Position numbers and translations under genes: made by a program. Positions 46,742-58,017 of a stretch of DNA of 64,000 nt are shown here, piece by piece (the first letter of the stretch is position 1; every line of letters starts with the position of its first letter). A model generated the notes under the pieces. The model was given only the letters and a program-made list of their open reading frames with translations, searched no databases and was not told where the DNA came from. The stretch comes from Gracilinanus agilis (lineage: Eukaryota). The stretch lies in assembly GCF_016433145.1 (NCBI RefSeq), contig NC_058133.1, positions 34,671,345-34,735,344 on the forward strand. The letters are read 5' to 3'.

Positions 46742-47929
46742 CTGGAAAAAGAGACCAGTGAGTCCAGTTACTCGTCTAGGAGAGCCCTGGGTCCTCTTCC
46801 TCCAGCTGGGGAACAGGCAAGAGCTCGCTTCTCTTGGACATAGCTAGCTCACAAGCGGACTGAAAGCTGGCTGGCCGTAGGAGATGGCCAGCAAAGGAAC
46901 TAAAGGAAAGGACATGATCCTACAGAACAGACGGCCTGATGCCCTCAGAGAATGGAGAGCTGTGCCAGCCCCTCGTTTTACAAACAGGGAAACCGAGGAG
47001 AGTGGGGAGAAGGGATGGCTGAGTAAGCTCTCTCATTCTGGACTGGGACACATGTAGAAACATCTTCTGGGTGGTGCTGAGTCATTCCAACTCAGGGAAT
47101 GAGAAGGGTGGCAGCTGAGGCTGGCCCAACCCTATCCATGGTTGCCTTGCCTGGTATGGAATGGGGCAGCCAGTGCTGGCCCTCAGGCCCTCCTGCTCCT
47201 TCCTTTACTCCTTCCACAATGGTCATCATCCCCAGGCAGAAGCAGAGGCCTGAGATCAATCAATCCTAGAAAATCTGGGAATCTTGGTGCTAGCAGGCAC
47301 CTCAGTAGTACTCAGCCCTCCTGTGATGGGGAACTCAATACTGCCTGAAGCAGCAATAATAGTACTACGACTTCTTTTTAAGTCTACAAAGCACCTTACA
47401 GGTCTGGCCACATCAGAGGCTCCCGACTGCCCTGCCCAATGGGAGGAGGGACATGCAGATATCATTAGCTACATTTTACAGATGTAGCAACCGAGGCCCA
47501 GTCATACTGCTTGCAAGTGTCCCAGGCAGAACTTGAACCCAGGTCTTCCTGTTCAAGCACTCTATTCACTACACCACATGCCTCTAAGATCAAATAGAAA
47601 TGTCTTTTGTTTAATTTTTAAAGCCCTTTACGACCTGGCCCCAAAGGAGCTTTGCAGCCCCTCATTGGTCACTATGCCCTGCTCCCCTACCCTCTGAGAC
47701 TTGACCAAACTGGCCTTTTTCTCTGTTCCTCACCCACACCATTCCATCTCCATCTCCATGCCTTTGCACCGGCTGTTCCCCACACGTGCCTTCTCTCCTT
47801 ATCTCATCTTTAGAATCCCTCTCGATGCTCCTGCGGCAGCTCAGGCACCACCTCCTACAGGAAGATTTCCCTCATTCTCCCTATTCCTCAGTTTCTCATA
47901 CGCTCATCCTGCCATACACCTTGTACTGA

Positions 47930-47985
47930 GCACGCATGCACGCACACACACATGCACACACACGCACACACATGCACACACGCAC
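47930..47985. repeat. Imperfect (CA)n/(CACG) microsatellite
   Basis: Visible directly in the sequence. Confidence 0.9.
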
Positions 47986-48264
47986 CCCCCCCAACTCTAC
48001 CATGCTTCCTATCCCTTCTCACCCACCACCCAGTTACCCCACTCGCCACCTGCACGAAGGCAAATGTCAGCAAACTTCCTCGGAGGGCCCCTTCCTCTCC
48101 CCCCCCCCCCCCGTTCCCTCAGGCGGACCACCTCCCCCTACTAGAACGTCAGCTCCTGGAGGCAAGGCCAGCCTCCCTTTTGTCCTTGTATCCCCAGGTG
48201 GGTTGGCAGTAACTCACTGGTACTTCTCGGCATTATCACATCATAAAGCAAAAAGAAACAGGGA

Positions 48265-48439
48265 GGGCAGCTGGGTAGCTCAGTGGAGTGAGAGTCAGGC
48301 CTAGAGACGGGAGGTCCTAGGTTCAAATCCGGCCTCAGACACTTCCCAACTGTGTGACCCTGGGCAAGTCACTTGACCCCCACTGCCTACCCTTCCACCT
48401 ATAAGTCAATACACAGAAGTTAAGGGTTTAAAAAAAAAA
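48265..48439 (+). mobile_element. Young full-length SINE (SINE1_Mdo-like)
   Basis: A/B boxes, poly-A tail, 14-bp TSD AAAAGAAACAGGGA at 48251-48264 and 48440-48453. Confidence 0.9.
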
Positions 48440-49428
48440 AAAAGAAACAGGGAAGGGACCAGTTCAAAGAAATCTTGATGAAAGATTCAACTAAGCAAAA
48501 TCACCCCAAAGATATTTAAGAGCAAGGACGAGAGGACCCTGAAGGGATGATTCTGACCATCTGTGGTCACCCCAAAGGTCAGAGAAGCCTCCCCCCGTGG
48601 ACTCCGACCCCACAGTTTGGCAGGTGCTTAAAGAGGGCACTGAAAGGGCTCTGACGAGAAAATGATGGGAAATGGAGCTGGGTTGGACCAAGGAAATACA
48701 GAAGAGATCCACGCCGATGGCAACACAGCTGTGACGTTGTGAAGGGGACCAAGATGCTCTTCACCCATCTGTATCAACATCAACTATTAGCAACCTGTAT
48801 GCCTTCTCCCTGGGCCACCCCAATGTGAACAAGCCATCTATGCAGGAATCAAGGGTCTCCCAGATGAGGGCATTTGTGCGGGACAAACCAGATTTCACCA
48901 CTGATAATCGCCAACGGAACGCATCTTTGCTATTTTATAACTGTCTGAGAGATTTTGAGAATACAAGATCCATTGATCCATGTGCACTAATTAAGTACCT
49001 ACTATGTGCCAGTCCCTCTGCTAAGTGTAGGTGATATAAAAAAAAGGCAGAAAAATCCCCTGACCTCAAGCAGCTCATGTTAAGTCTAACCAGGGAGATG
49101 ACCTGCAAATAAGTGTGTATACACAATACTAAGGCAGCATTTATGCAGCTAGCTATTGATTTAAGGGAATAAAGTGTATTACAAGCATTTTTTCATTTTA
49201 TCTTTACCGCAATGAGAGAGGCACTATTATTATTCCCATTTTACAAATGAAGAGCCTGAGGCAGAGATGAAGTGACCTGCCTGGCATCACAGAGCTTGTA
49301 CATGAGGTAGGATCTGATCTCCAGATCACTGTTCCTCATGGCTGACATAAGACATATTTGGAGTAGGGGGATGGTAATCTTACAGGGGAGGCCTTTGCCG
49401 TAGGGTTTGGGGGTCAGTAAGGCACCTT

Positions 49429-49640
49429 TTGAACTCAGTCTTTGGATTACTGCTTGTTGATCACAAAAAATTATTTGATACAGTCCAACACAGTGCCTTC
49501 CTTGCTGGCTCTCCTCCCAGAGAAGCGTCTCTCATCCACGTGTCATCCAAATCCTCTGACATCCTTGGAGAGATGGAACCACAGACAGCAATGACCCTAA
49601 AGACACCCCTGCAAGGCCTGGCTGAGGAGCTAAAGGTGGG
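49429..49640 (+). mobile_element. RTE-clade LINE reverse-transcriptase remnant
   Basis: 'LLLVDHKKLFDTVQHSAFL' resembles the RTE RT motif 'LLFVDYKKAFDSV'; the rest is degenerate. Confidence 0.55.
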
Positions 49641-51212
49641 TCCTGCCCAGCCAGGAGGGTCATCCCCCAAGGGTGGTCATCTGGCTCCCTCTTGCAGACC
49701 CTTTCCCCGACCCTCTGTTCCTGACTCAGCTGACCCATTTGCTAGAGTCACGTTTTCCCTTAATGAGGGAAAGGGCCTCTCTGTGGTGACAGAGAGAATT
49801 GGGCCCAGTCTTCATGTCTCCTAGTGTCCAAGCCCAGGGTGCTATACATAGCAGGCACCTAATCAATGGTAAGTTTTCATTTGAACAAGGGACCCTTTGG
49901 ACCTAAGACAAAAAGCTTCCCCTGGTCCTCCTGGCCAGCAAGCGTGTGCCCCAGACTCACAAAAGCTCAGGGCTAAAAAAGCAAGTGGCCAAGGACACCA
50001 AGCCCAGCCACATCTGGGCTGGCATAACCTCTGCAGTAGCCCCAGAAAGGTTCTTCTGGCTTCAGCTTGGAGGCTCCCCTCCTTCCCCTTTGGTTTGGGA
50101 GCCTCTGTTGGACTTGGCTCAAAGAGAAACTGATCCCTGGTGTTGATTTAGAACACCACAAATGAACATTATCTCTATTTTGCGCCATCTCCCAAATACA
50201 TTTTAATCCAGTTCTTTTTTGCAGGGCTACCCCCAGGTCTGGAGTTGAACAGGGTGCCACCACCCTCGAGGTTACCCAGGCTCCTGCCCAACGTATCAGC
50301 CTTGACCCAACTGACCACGTGACCGATCTGTGGCCAAGCCTGGCCGTGTCTTTCCTTCAGCAGCCAAAGCGATTCTAAAGCTGAGGTCTGACCGTGTCCT
50401 TTCCTCGGCTCAAGACCCACCAGTTGCTTCCTATGGCCCCCAGGATCCCTTAGAATCACAGCAGGGGCCTCAGGGACCTAGTTCAGCCCATGTCCAACAG
50501 GAATCCCCACTTTGTCATCCCTGGTGGGAGGCTAGCCATTTGTCTCCCATGTGGCACTCTGGGACGTCTGCACTCATTCCGCTTCTCTTTCAGCCTCCAT
50601 ACTCATTATTCTCTCTCACTCATTCTTCTGGCTGCCATCTTGGCCAGCTTTTTGATCCCCACATGCAATGTTTCATCTCCCATCACCATGCCTTTGCCCA
50701 AGCCGAGCTGTCCTCTGGCCCCGGAATGCTCTCTCTCCTCATGTCTTTCCTTCTCAGATTGCCCAGCTTCAGCTCAAATGCCAACTCGGACACAAGGGCT
50801 TCCTGATCCTCCCAGTTATTAGGGAACCCCCACCCCAAAGTGACTGTTACTACTCTGTATTTAGTTATCTGTGTACTTGGCAGTTCTCTCCAGCCATGTG
50901 TGAAAGGGTGAAACCACTCCCACTCTTGCTCTCCTCAGAAGCTGAAGGTGTGAGGTTCCGGTTTGGATTTCGGGGGGGGGGGGGAGGTTGTTCCTCCCCT
51001 GTGGTCCCTGCAGTAGCTGCAGGACCTGGAGCCTGAGGGGCCTCTCCTTTGTGGCTTTCTTCCTGAGCACAGGTGATAGAACAACACTCCTGAGATGGGC
51101 ATTTCCAGCTGGAGTTTCCCAGCTGAAATTCCCAGCATTCTTCCTCGAGGGAGAGACGAGGAGACCCAGAATTCATCTGTCAGAGTTGCCTGGGAGGACC
51201 AGGAATATTCTT

Positions 51213-51991
51213 TTTTTTTTTTAAAGTTCATTTATTTATTTGTTTGTTTTTGAGTATTTTTGTATGGTTACATGATTCATGTTCTTTCCCTCCCCTCCTC
51301 TCAACCCCCTCCTGTAGCTGATGTGCAATTCCACTGGGTTTTACATGTGTCATTGATCAAGACATATTTCCATATTATTGATATTTGCACTAGGGTTATC
51401 GCTTAGAGTCTACATCCCCAGTCATATCCCCATCAACCCATGTGATCAAGCAGTTGTTTTTCTTCTGCGTTTCTGCTCCCACAGTTCTTTCTCTGGATAT
51501 GGGTAGTGTTCTTTCTCATAAGGTCCTCTGGATTGTCCTGGATCATTGCATTGCTATTAGTAGAGAAGTCAGTTACATTCGATTGTGCTACAATGTATCC
51601 GTCTCTGTGTACAATGTTCTCCTGGTTCTGCTCCTTTCACTCTGAATCAATTCCTGGAGGTCTTTCCAGTTCACATGGAATTCCTCCAGTTCATTATTCC
51701 TTTCAGCACAATAATATTCCATCACCAGCAGATACCACAATTTATTCAGCCATTCCCTAATTGAAGGGCATACCCTCATTTTCCAATTTTTTGCCACCAC
51801 AAAGAGCATGGTTATAAATATTTTTGTATAAGTCTTTTTTCCTTATCTCTTTGAGGTATAAACCCAGTAGTGGCTGGATCAAAGGGCAGACAGTCTTTTA
51901 AAGCCCTTTGGGCATAGTTCCAAATTGCCTTCCAGAATGGTTGGACCAATTCATAACTCCACCAGCAATGCATTAGTGTCCCAATTTGCGG
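51213..51991 (-). mobile_element. 5'-truncated L1 (ORF2 C-terminus plus 3' UTR), antisense
   Basis: Minus peptides 'LMHCWWSYELVQPFWKAIWNYAQRALKDCLPFDP' and 'FVVAKNWKMRVCPSIREWLNKLWYLLVMEYYCA'. Poly-T tail. 13-bp TSD CAGGAATATTCTT at 51200-51212 and 51992-52004. Confidence 0.92.
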
Positions 51992-54900
51992 CAGGAATAT
52001 TCTTAAAGAAGGTGCCTGGAGGAGGCCAAGTGACCATCCGGCCATTTCACAAGAATGTTCCTGGTTTTAATGCTTTCAGTATCAGTTACCTAAGTCATGG
52101 GTTCCTGTTTTGACAGGGTTGAAGTCTTTATTGATATTTTGTTTTAGAGAAGGACGTGCCTTGCAACCTGCCTAGAGTGGTTTTGGACCCCCCCAGAGCT
52201 GGGAAGAGCCCAGACAAGAGCCAGGCCTAAGCTCTCAGGGATTCTCCCTGGGGCCCAGGGGTGGAGGCTTGCAGAGCTGGAGTGCCCTCCTTGGAGGCAG
52301 GATCACCCAGATTGAACCCATGCCCACATGCATGGAGAGAGACAGGATGAAAGGGTGCCCCGGGCCAGCCCACAGACAATGAGAGCAGAAACTGTTCAGT
52401 CTGGGCTGGGAGGAGCTGGTATCAGGGCAAGCAGGCCTAGGCCTAAGCCACTGTCCTGTCCTCGGCTCTTGGGCCCCTGGATCAGGTGGGGCAGAGCAGG
52501 GGAGGGAGCAGCTGTGAAGTCAGAAGCAGACATGCCCCAGCCAGCCCAGGTGGGAGGCCGGACCAGAATCCTAGAGCACAATGAGGCCAGGATCAAGTTT
52601 CCCTAGGGAGGTTGGGGGGGGGGGTTGGAGGGGTGGGAGTGAGTGAGTATGGGAGCATGAGAGTGTACATGCATGCATGTGTCCATCTGCTTGTGGACCA
52701 GCCTGTGTGGATGGCATGCCCAGGGCAGGAGAGGTCAGGTTAGGAGGATGCACACCCAGGCTTCACTCCCAACATCCCTGGCCATCCTGGCCAGTCTGCA
52801 GGAAGCTGTGGCCCTGTGGCCCATCTGTGGGCATGGCAAGAGGAAGTGAACCTGAGCTCTCACATGCTGATGAGCTGTCCTTGCCTACCCACTGCCTCGC
52901 CCAGGAAGCACCAGGCTAAATCCTGGGCTTCCAGGAAAAGGACCATGAACCCTGCCCCCCCACCACCACCTGGTCTCCCTCCATACCCCACACCCAGCAG
53001 GAGGGGGCAGGGGCTTAGATTGGGCCCCTTCCCAGGCTGCCGCAGGATGCTCTGGTCAGCCCCCCCCCCCAACTATAACGGGTCTCTAGACCAGACAGGA
53101 GGCCGGAATGAGCCACAGCCCCTGGGCAGGGAGGCATGGGCAGCAGTCACGTGTGAGCCATCCCAATGGCCAGCCTGCTGCCCCATTCCGCCTACACAGA
53201 CTCCCCTCTGCCTCTTCCTCCCCCCATAACCCGGCATCAAGCCAAACAGAGCCCCTCAGACAGCTGTGGAGCATGAGGCAGCCTGGCATGCCAGAAGGCT
53301 GCTGTCCTCTCAGAGTGACCCTGGGCCAGCTCTGGGACACTTGCCCTGCCCGGGCTGTCCCTACCCCATTGTCTGGGAGAGTAAAGGGAAGGAGAGGGGC
53401 CCAGAGAGAGAGAAGGATGGGGCACGGCTCCAGGCACCGACAGTGCAGAATGCACAAGGGCCCCACGGCCCCAGAACTGGGGAGAGAAGGACACCAGAAT
53501 GACGAGGCTCCTGGGGGCAATGGGAAAGGGGAAGCCCCCTGGCTGAGGCTCAGGGCCCATTCTGGGAGCCAATGAGAGTGGGGGACGAGGGGAGCCCAGG
53601 GCGAGGGGCATGATGGCTCCTGGCACTACAGCATGTTAAGGTTTTATAGGCTTGCTTTCACTTGAAAGATAGTAAAAGGCTTTGAGATCATGCTGTATAT
53701 GAAGTGGAGTATGTTTAGCTTGAGGAAGAGGCAAAGCAAGTCACGAAGCATTTACTAAGTGTGCCTGCCAGGTACAATGGGGAACAGAGAAGGCCAGGGC
53801 CCGAGGCAGGTTCAGGGGTAAGAAGACCCCAAGTGCTGAGGGAAGGCAGCTAAGGAATGAAGGATAAGTCTGGTCAGAGGCAGTGCTGAGAGAGGGGCCT
53901 GAGAGCTGTCTTCAAGGCTGCTGACCACAGGAGGGCTTAGCCCTGTTCTGCTGGGCCCCAGGAGGCAGAACCAGGTGCAGAGAGGGGATGAGGCAGCAGG
54001 CCACATCTGGAGAACCCTCCTGAGAGCGAGTGCTCTCTCTGAGGGGGTCGGGACACCTGGGGGAGAGGAGCCCTCGTGGGGGTGGAGGTGGCTCCCTCTC
54101 CCCATTCTCATCTGGGCTGGGCGACATGGCACTGCAGACCCTTCCAGCTTTGACATTTTCCCCCCTGTTGGAGTCCTGGGACTTCCCCCAAGGGTCCCTG
54201 GGATATAAGCAGGACAGGCACAGGGCCTAGCTGCTCCGGTCACTACCAGGGCTGGCATCATGACTATTGGGGATGACAATCCGACAGATCATCTTTCTCC
54301 CTCCAATCCAGTTTCCAAGTCAAAGGTCCCCTCCAGCCTCTCTTCCCCGGAGCCACTGAGGCTAGCAGCCATGTGGAGAAGAGAGTAGAGGAAGAGGAGG
54401 ATCCAGGGTCAGCACCAACCTGGCCCGCTCATTCCCCGGCCTCCAGCCCAGTCATCCTATCAGCGGCATCAGCTCGAGGTCCACTTTGAAGCACGAGGCT
54501 CTCAGAGGCTTGTAAAAGCAAACGAGGGTTTAATGAGGCGAGGGCAGAACACCAACCTTGTAAAGCTGACCTCGGGACAGCTGCTGGATCCCAAGAGGGG
54601 CCGCTTCGAAGGGCCGGAGATGGGGCCTGCGCTGCCAGCCCCATCCTGTGCCTCCAGGTTGCAGACGAAGGGCCCCGGGCCTCTCCTGGGCAAAGGGACC
54701 ACAGTGCCCAATTCTGAGCCAGTCACAAAATCTGTTCGAAAATCAGGCTCAAAGTTCCACACTGAGGCCCAGAATCTGCCCCGCTAGAAGCCTTAAGCCA
54801 CAGGCCCAGGTTGTGGGCCGGCCCCGTGGGGCTCTTGCTCTTACACAAGGGCTCCACAGCCATGGCCATGGCGTCTGATGTTGCTCTCTGACCCACGCTG

Positions 54901-57199
54901 CCTACTTGCCATCTGTCCCGCCCTCTGCCTCATTCCTTCCAAACCTCTTCCTTCCTCTCATGACTCTCGACTCGGCCCACTGAGCTCTCCCCAGCCTTTC
55001 CCTGACTCAGCCTTCCCCTTCCTCCTTTCCTCATCTCCACTCGGGAGCTGGCCTGTTCAGTTCCACACTGCGCTCGCTCCTGCATCCTCACTGCTTTGGC
55101 CACGCAGCCCTTGTAACACCCTCCCCATCAGCCGCCTCCATTCCTGCTCCTTAACACAGCTGGAGAAAGTTGGGCGCTCTTGCTGACTGTGCCCACTGCC
55201 AGTCCAGGAGGCCTCACTGCAGCCGGGCCATCCTTTTCTTCCTCCCTTGATTCTCCCACCCTCACCACAGCTGTCCCCAGCTCTCATCTCGAGCCTCCCA
55301 CATCAGCCCGGCCTCTAGCGGAGGATATCCTCTCTTACTCGACTGAGAAAACCAAAGCCACTGGCTGGGAGCTCCATCTTCCTTTCAAACCCCCAGGGAT
55401 ATCATCCTCCCTCTCTTCCTCTAGCCCAGTCTCTGACAGAGGTGAGCCCCCTCTCCTCCCAAGGCCAGACCCTTGTGCTCCTGAGCTCATCCCGGCTCAT
55501 CTTTCCAAGCAGACTGCCCAGACTGCCTCCACTAACATCCCTGCTCTCTCTCTCTCTCCACTGGAACCCTTTGAGCTGCCTTCAATCATGCCCTAGCCTG
55601 GCCCCTCACCCTCAAGGCACTGTCTCTATCTCTCTTCCCTTTCTTGGCCAAACTCTTAGAAGAACTGTCTGCATGGGACATTCCTGTTTCCTGAGCCCTG
55701 TGCAATCTGCTTTTCACTCTCATCGCCCAAGTAAATCTGATTTCTTCAAAGATCCCAGTGGTCCTTCATTTGTCAAATACGATCCCCCTCCCCATCTTCT
55801 CTGCAGCATCTGACATGGCCTGCCTTCTGTGTGTTCTCCTCTCTGGGTTTTTGTGACACTTAAATCTGCTTCTCCTCCTGTCAGGGCATTTCTTGGGCTC
55901 AAAGGGAAGCGCTTGAATCCCCATGCAACGCTGGAAACACCGTCCCTCCTCCCCACCCAGAATCCTCTTCCTTCTGAGGAAAGGCTTCCTTCATCCCTGG
56001 TGCTATGGTCATTGAATCCATTTCCTCTGAATAGCCATCCAAAAGGATGTGCGACCTCCCCAAGAGGGACCATGCTCCTGCCTTTCCTTGTCTCTCCAGG
56101 GCTTGGAAAGGTGCCTGGCACAGAGTGATCAGGTACTTAATATGGATTTGATGACTGACTAATTGGGTCTGGTCATGGCTGGGGCATCTGAGTTCTAAGT
56201 ATGGAATTCTGTGAGTCCATCTGGTTAGCGTGGCATCATTTGACCCCAATCCCATCTGGTCTCACTCTGTTAATTACCCTGGCCACCCACCTCCATCTCC
56301 CCATGCTGGTGCGATGGCTAGGGATTTTGTGCCACCTCCAGGGCACTGATGCCAGGCTCCTGTCACTGTGCCCAGGGCTCCACCTGCACCAAGGGAGCCT
56401 TCGAGGCTGCCAGGACATTTGCATGACTCCCTGTATAATATTTGCATTTTGTGGGAATTTCTCAGGCAAGTTTCACACTAGTTACATCACCCTGGCTTCA
56501 AGAGCCCTGGGGCTTCTCACAAATGAGGAAACAAGGAAGCACATGCTGACGGCTGGGCAGAGCCAAAGTGCCGGCAGAAGCATCACCTTCGTGTCTGTTC
56601 CTAAGCCCTCCTGCCCCGGGCTCTGGTATGATCCCCTCACCCCAGGCCCCAGCTTTCACAGTCTTGCTCCCATGCAGCTAAGCTACCTCAGAGAAACTTC
56701 AAGACTTCTCTAAAAATGCCCACATACCTGACATAACAAAAGAAACAGAATATTTAACCAACCCCATCTTAGAAGAGAGACTGAACAAGGCATCAAGGAA
56801 CTTCCTAAGACAAAATCCCCAGGATGATGGGTTTACAAGTGAAGTCTACCAAACATTTAAGGAACAATTAGTCTCAATATATGTAAACTAATTGAAAAAA
56901 AAAAGGCAAAGAAAGAGTCCTACTCAATTCCTTTTATGTCACAAATATGGTGCTTATATCTAAGCCAGGAAGAGCAAAGACTGAGAAGAAAAACTATAGA
57001 CCAATCTCCCTAATGAATATCAATGCAAAATTTTAAAAATAAAATACCAGCAAGGAGATGACAGCAGTATATCACCAAGATCGTACATGATTATAACCAG
57101 GGGAGATTCACACCAGGAATTCAGGGCTGGTTCAATACTAGGAAAACTATGAGCATAATCAACCAGATCACTAACAATAACAACAAAAATCATGTAATC

Positions 57200-57445
57200 A
57201 TAACAATTTTTGGTTGTTTGGTCATTTTCAGTTATATGCAACCCTTTGTGACTCCTTTTGGGGTTTTCTTGGCAAAGTACTGGAGTAGTTTGCCATTTCC
57301 TTCTCCAGCTCATTTTACAGATGAGAAAACTGAGGTTGACAAGTTTCTATGATTTGTCCAGTCACACAGTTAGTAAGAATTTGAGGTCACATCTGAACTC
57401 AGATCTTCTTGACTCTAGGCTTAGCCCTTTATCCACTAGCTGCCC
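57200..57445 (-). mobile_element. MAR1-like CORE-SINE with RTE-type tail, nested in L1
   Basis: GGGTTTTCTTGGCAAAGTACTGGAGTAGTTTGCCATTTCCTTCTCCAG (RTE tail) joined to a CORE/tRNA head. Confidence 0.7.
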
Positions 57446-57574
57446 ATGATTATATCAATAAAGCTTCTAACAAAATATAACACCCATTCCTTCTAAAAAC
57501 ACCAGAAAGCAGAGTAATCAACTGAACCTTTTCTTAAAATGACAAGCAGTATTCATCTAAAACCATCAGTAAGC

Positions 57575-58017
57575 TGGAATGACCTCCAGGAATTGATGCA
57601 GAGTGAAAGGAGCAGATCCAGAAGAACATTATACACAGAGACTGATACACTGTGGTACAATTGAATGTAATGGACTTCTCTACTAGCAGCAATGCAAGGA
57701 TCCAGAGCAAGGCTGAGGGACTTATAAGAAAGAAAACTAGCCACACACAGAGGAAGAACTGTGGGAGGAGAAACACAGAAGAAAAACAACTGCTTAAACA
57801 CATGGGCTATTGGAGATATTACTGGGGATGTAGACACTAAATGATAACTCTAGTCCAACTATCAATAATATGGAATTAGGTCTTAATCAATGATACATGT
57901 AAAACCCAGTGGAATTGTGCGTCAGCTAAGGGGAGGTTAGGGAGTTTTGGGGGATAGGGAAAGAACATGAAATATGTAACTAGGGGAAAATATTCAAAAT
58001 GAAAATTAAAAATAAAT
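57575..58017 (+). mobile_element. Younger L1 3' end (about 440 bp) nested in the RT of the older L1
   Basis: 16-bp TSD AAAACCATCAGTAAGC at 57559-57574 and 58018-58033. The sequence matches the L1 3' ends at 6355-6830 and 51213-51700. Confidence 0.9.

Noticed and set aside
47062-47082. Possible REST/NRSE site (TCAGCACCAC on minus)
   Set aside because: Only the left half-site matches; the GGACAG half is absent.
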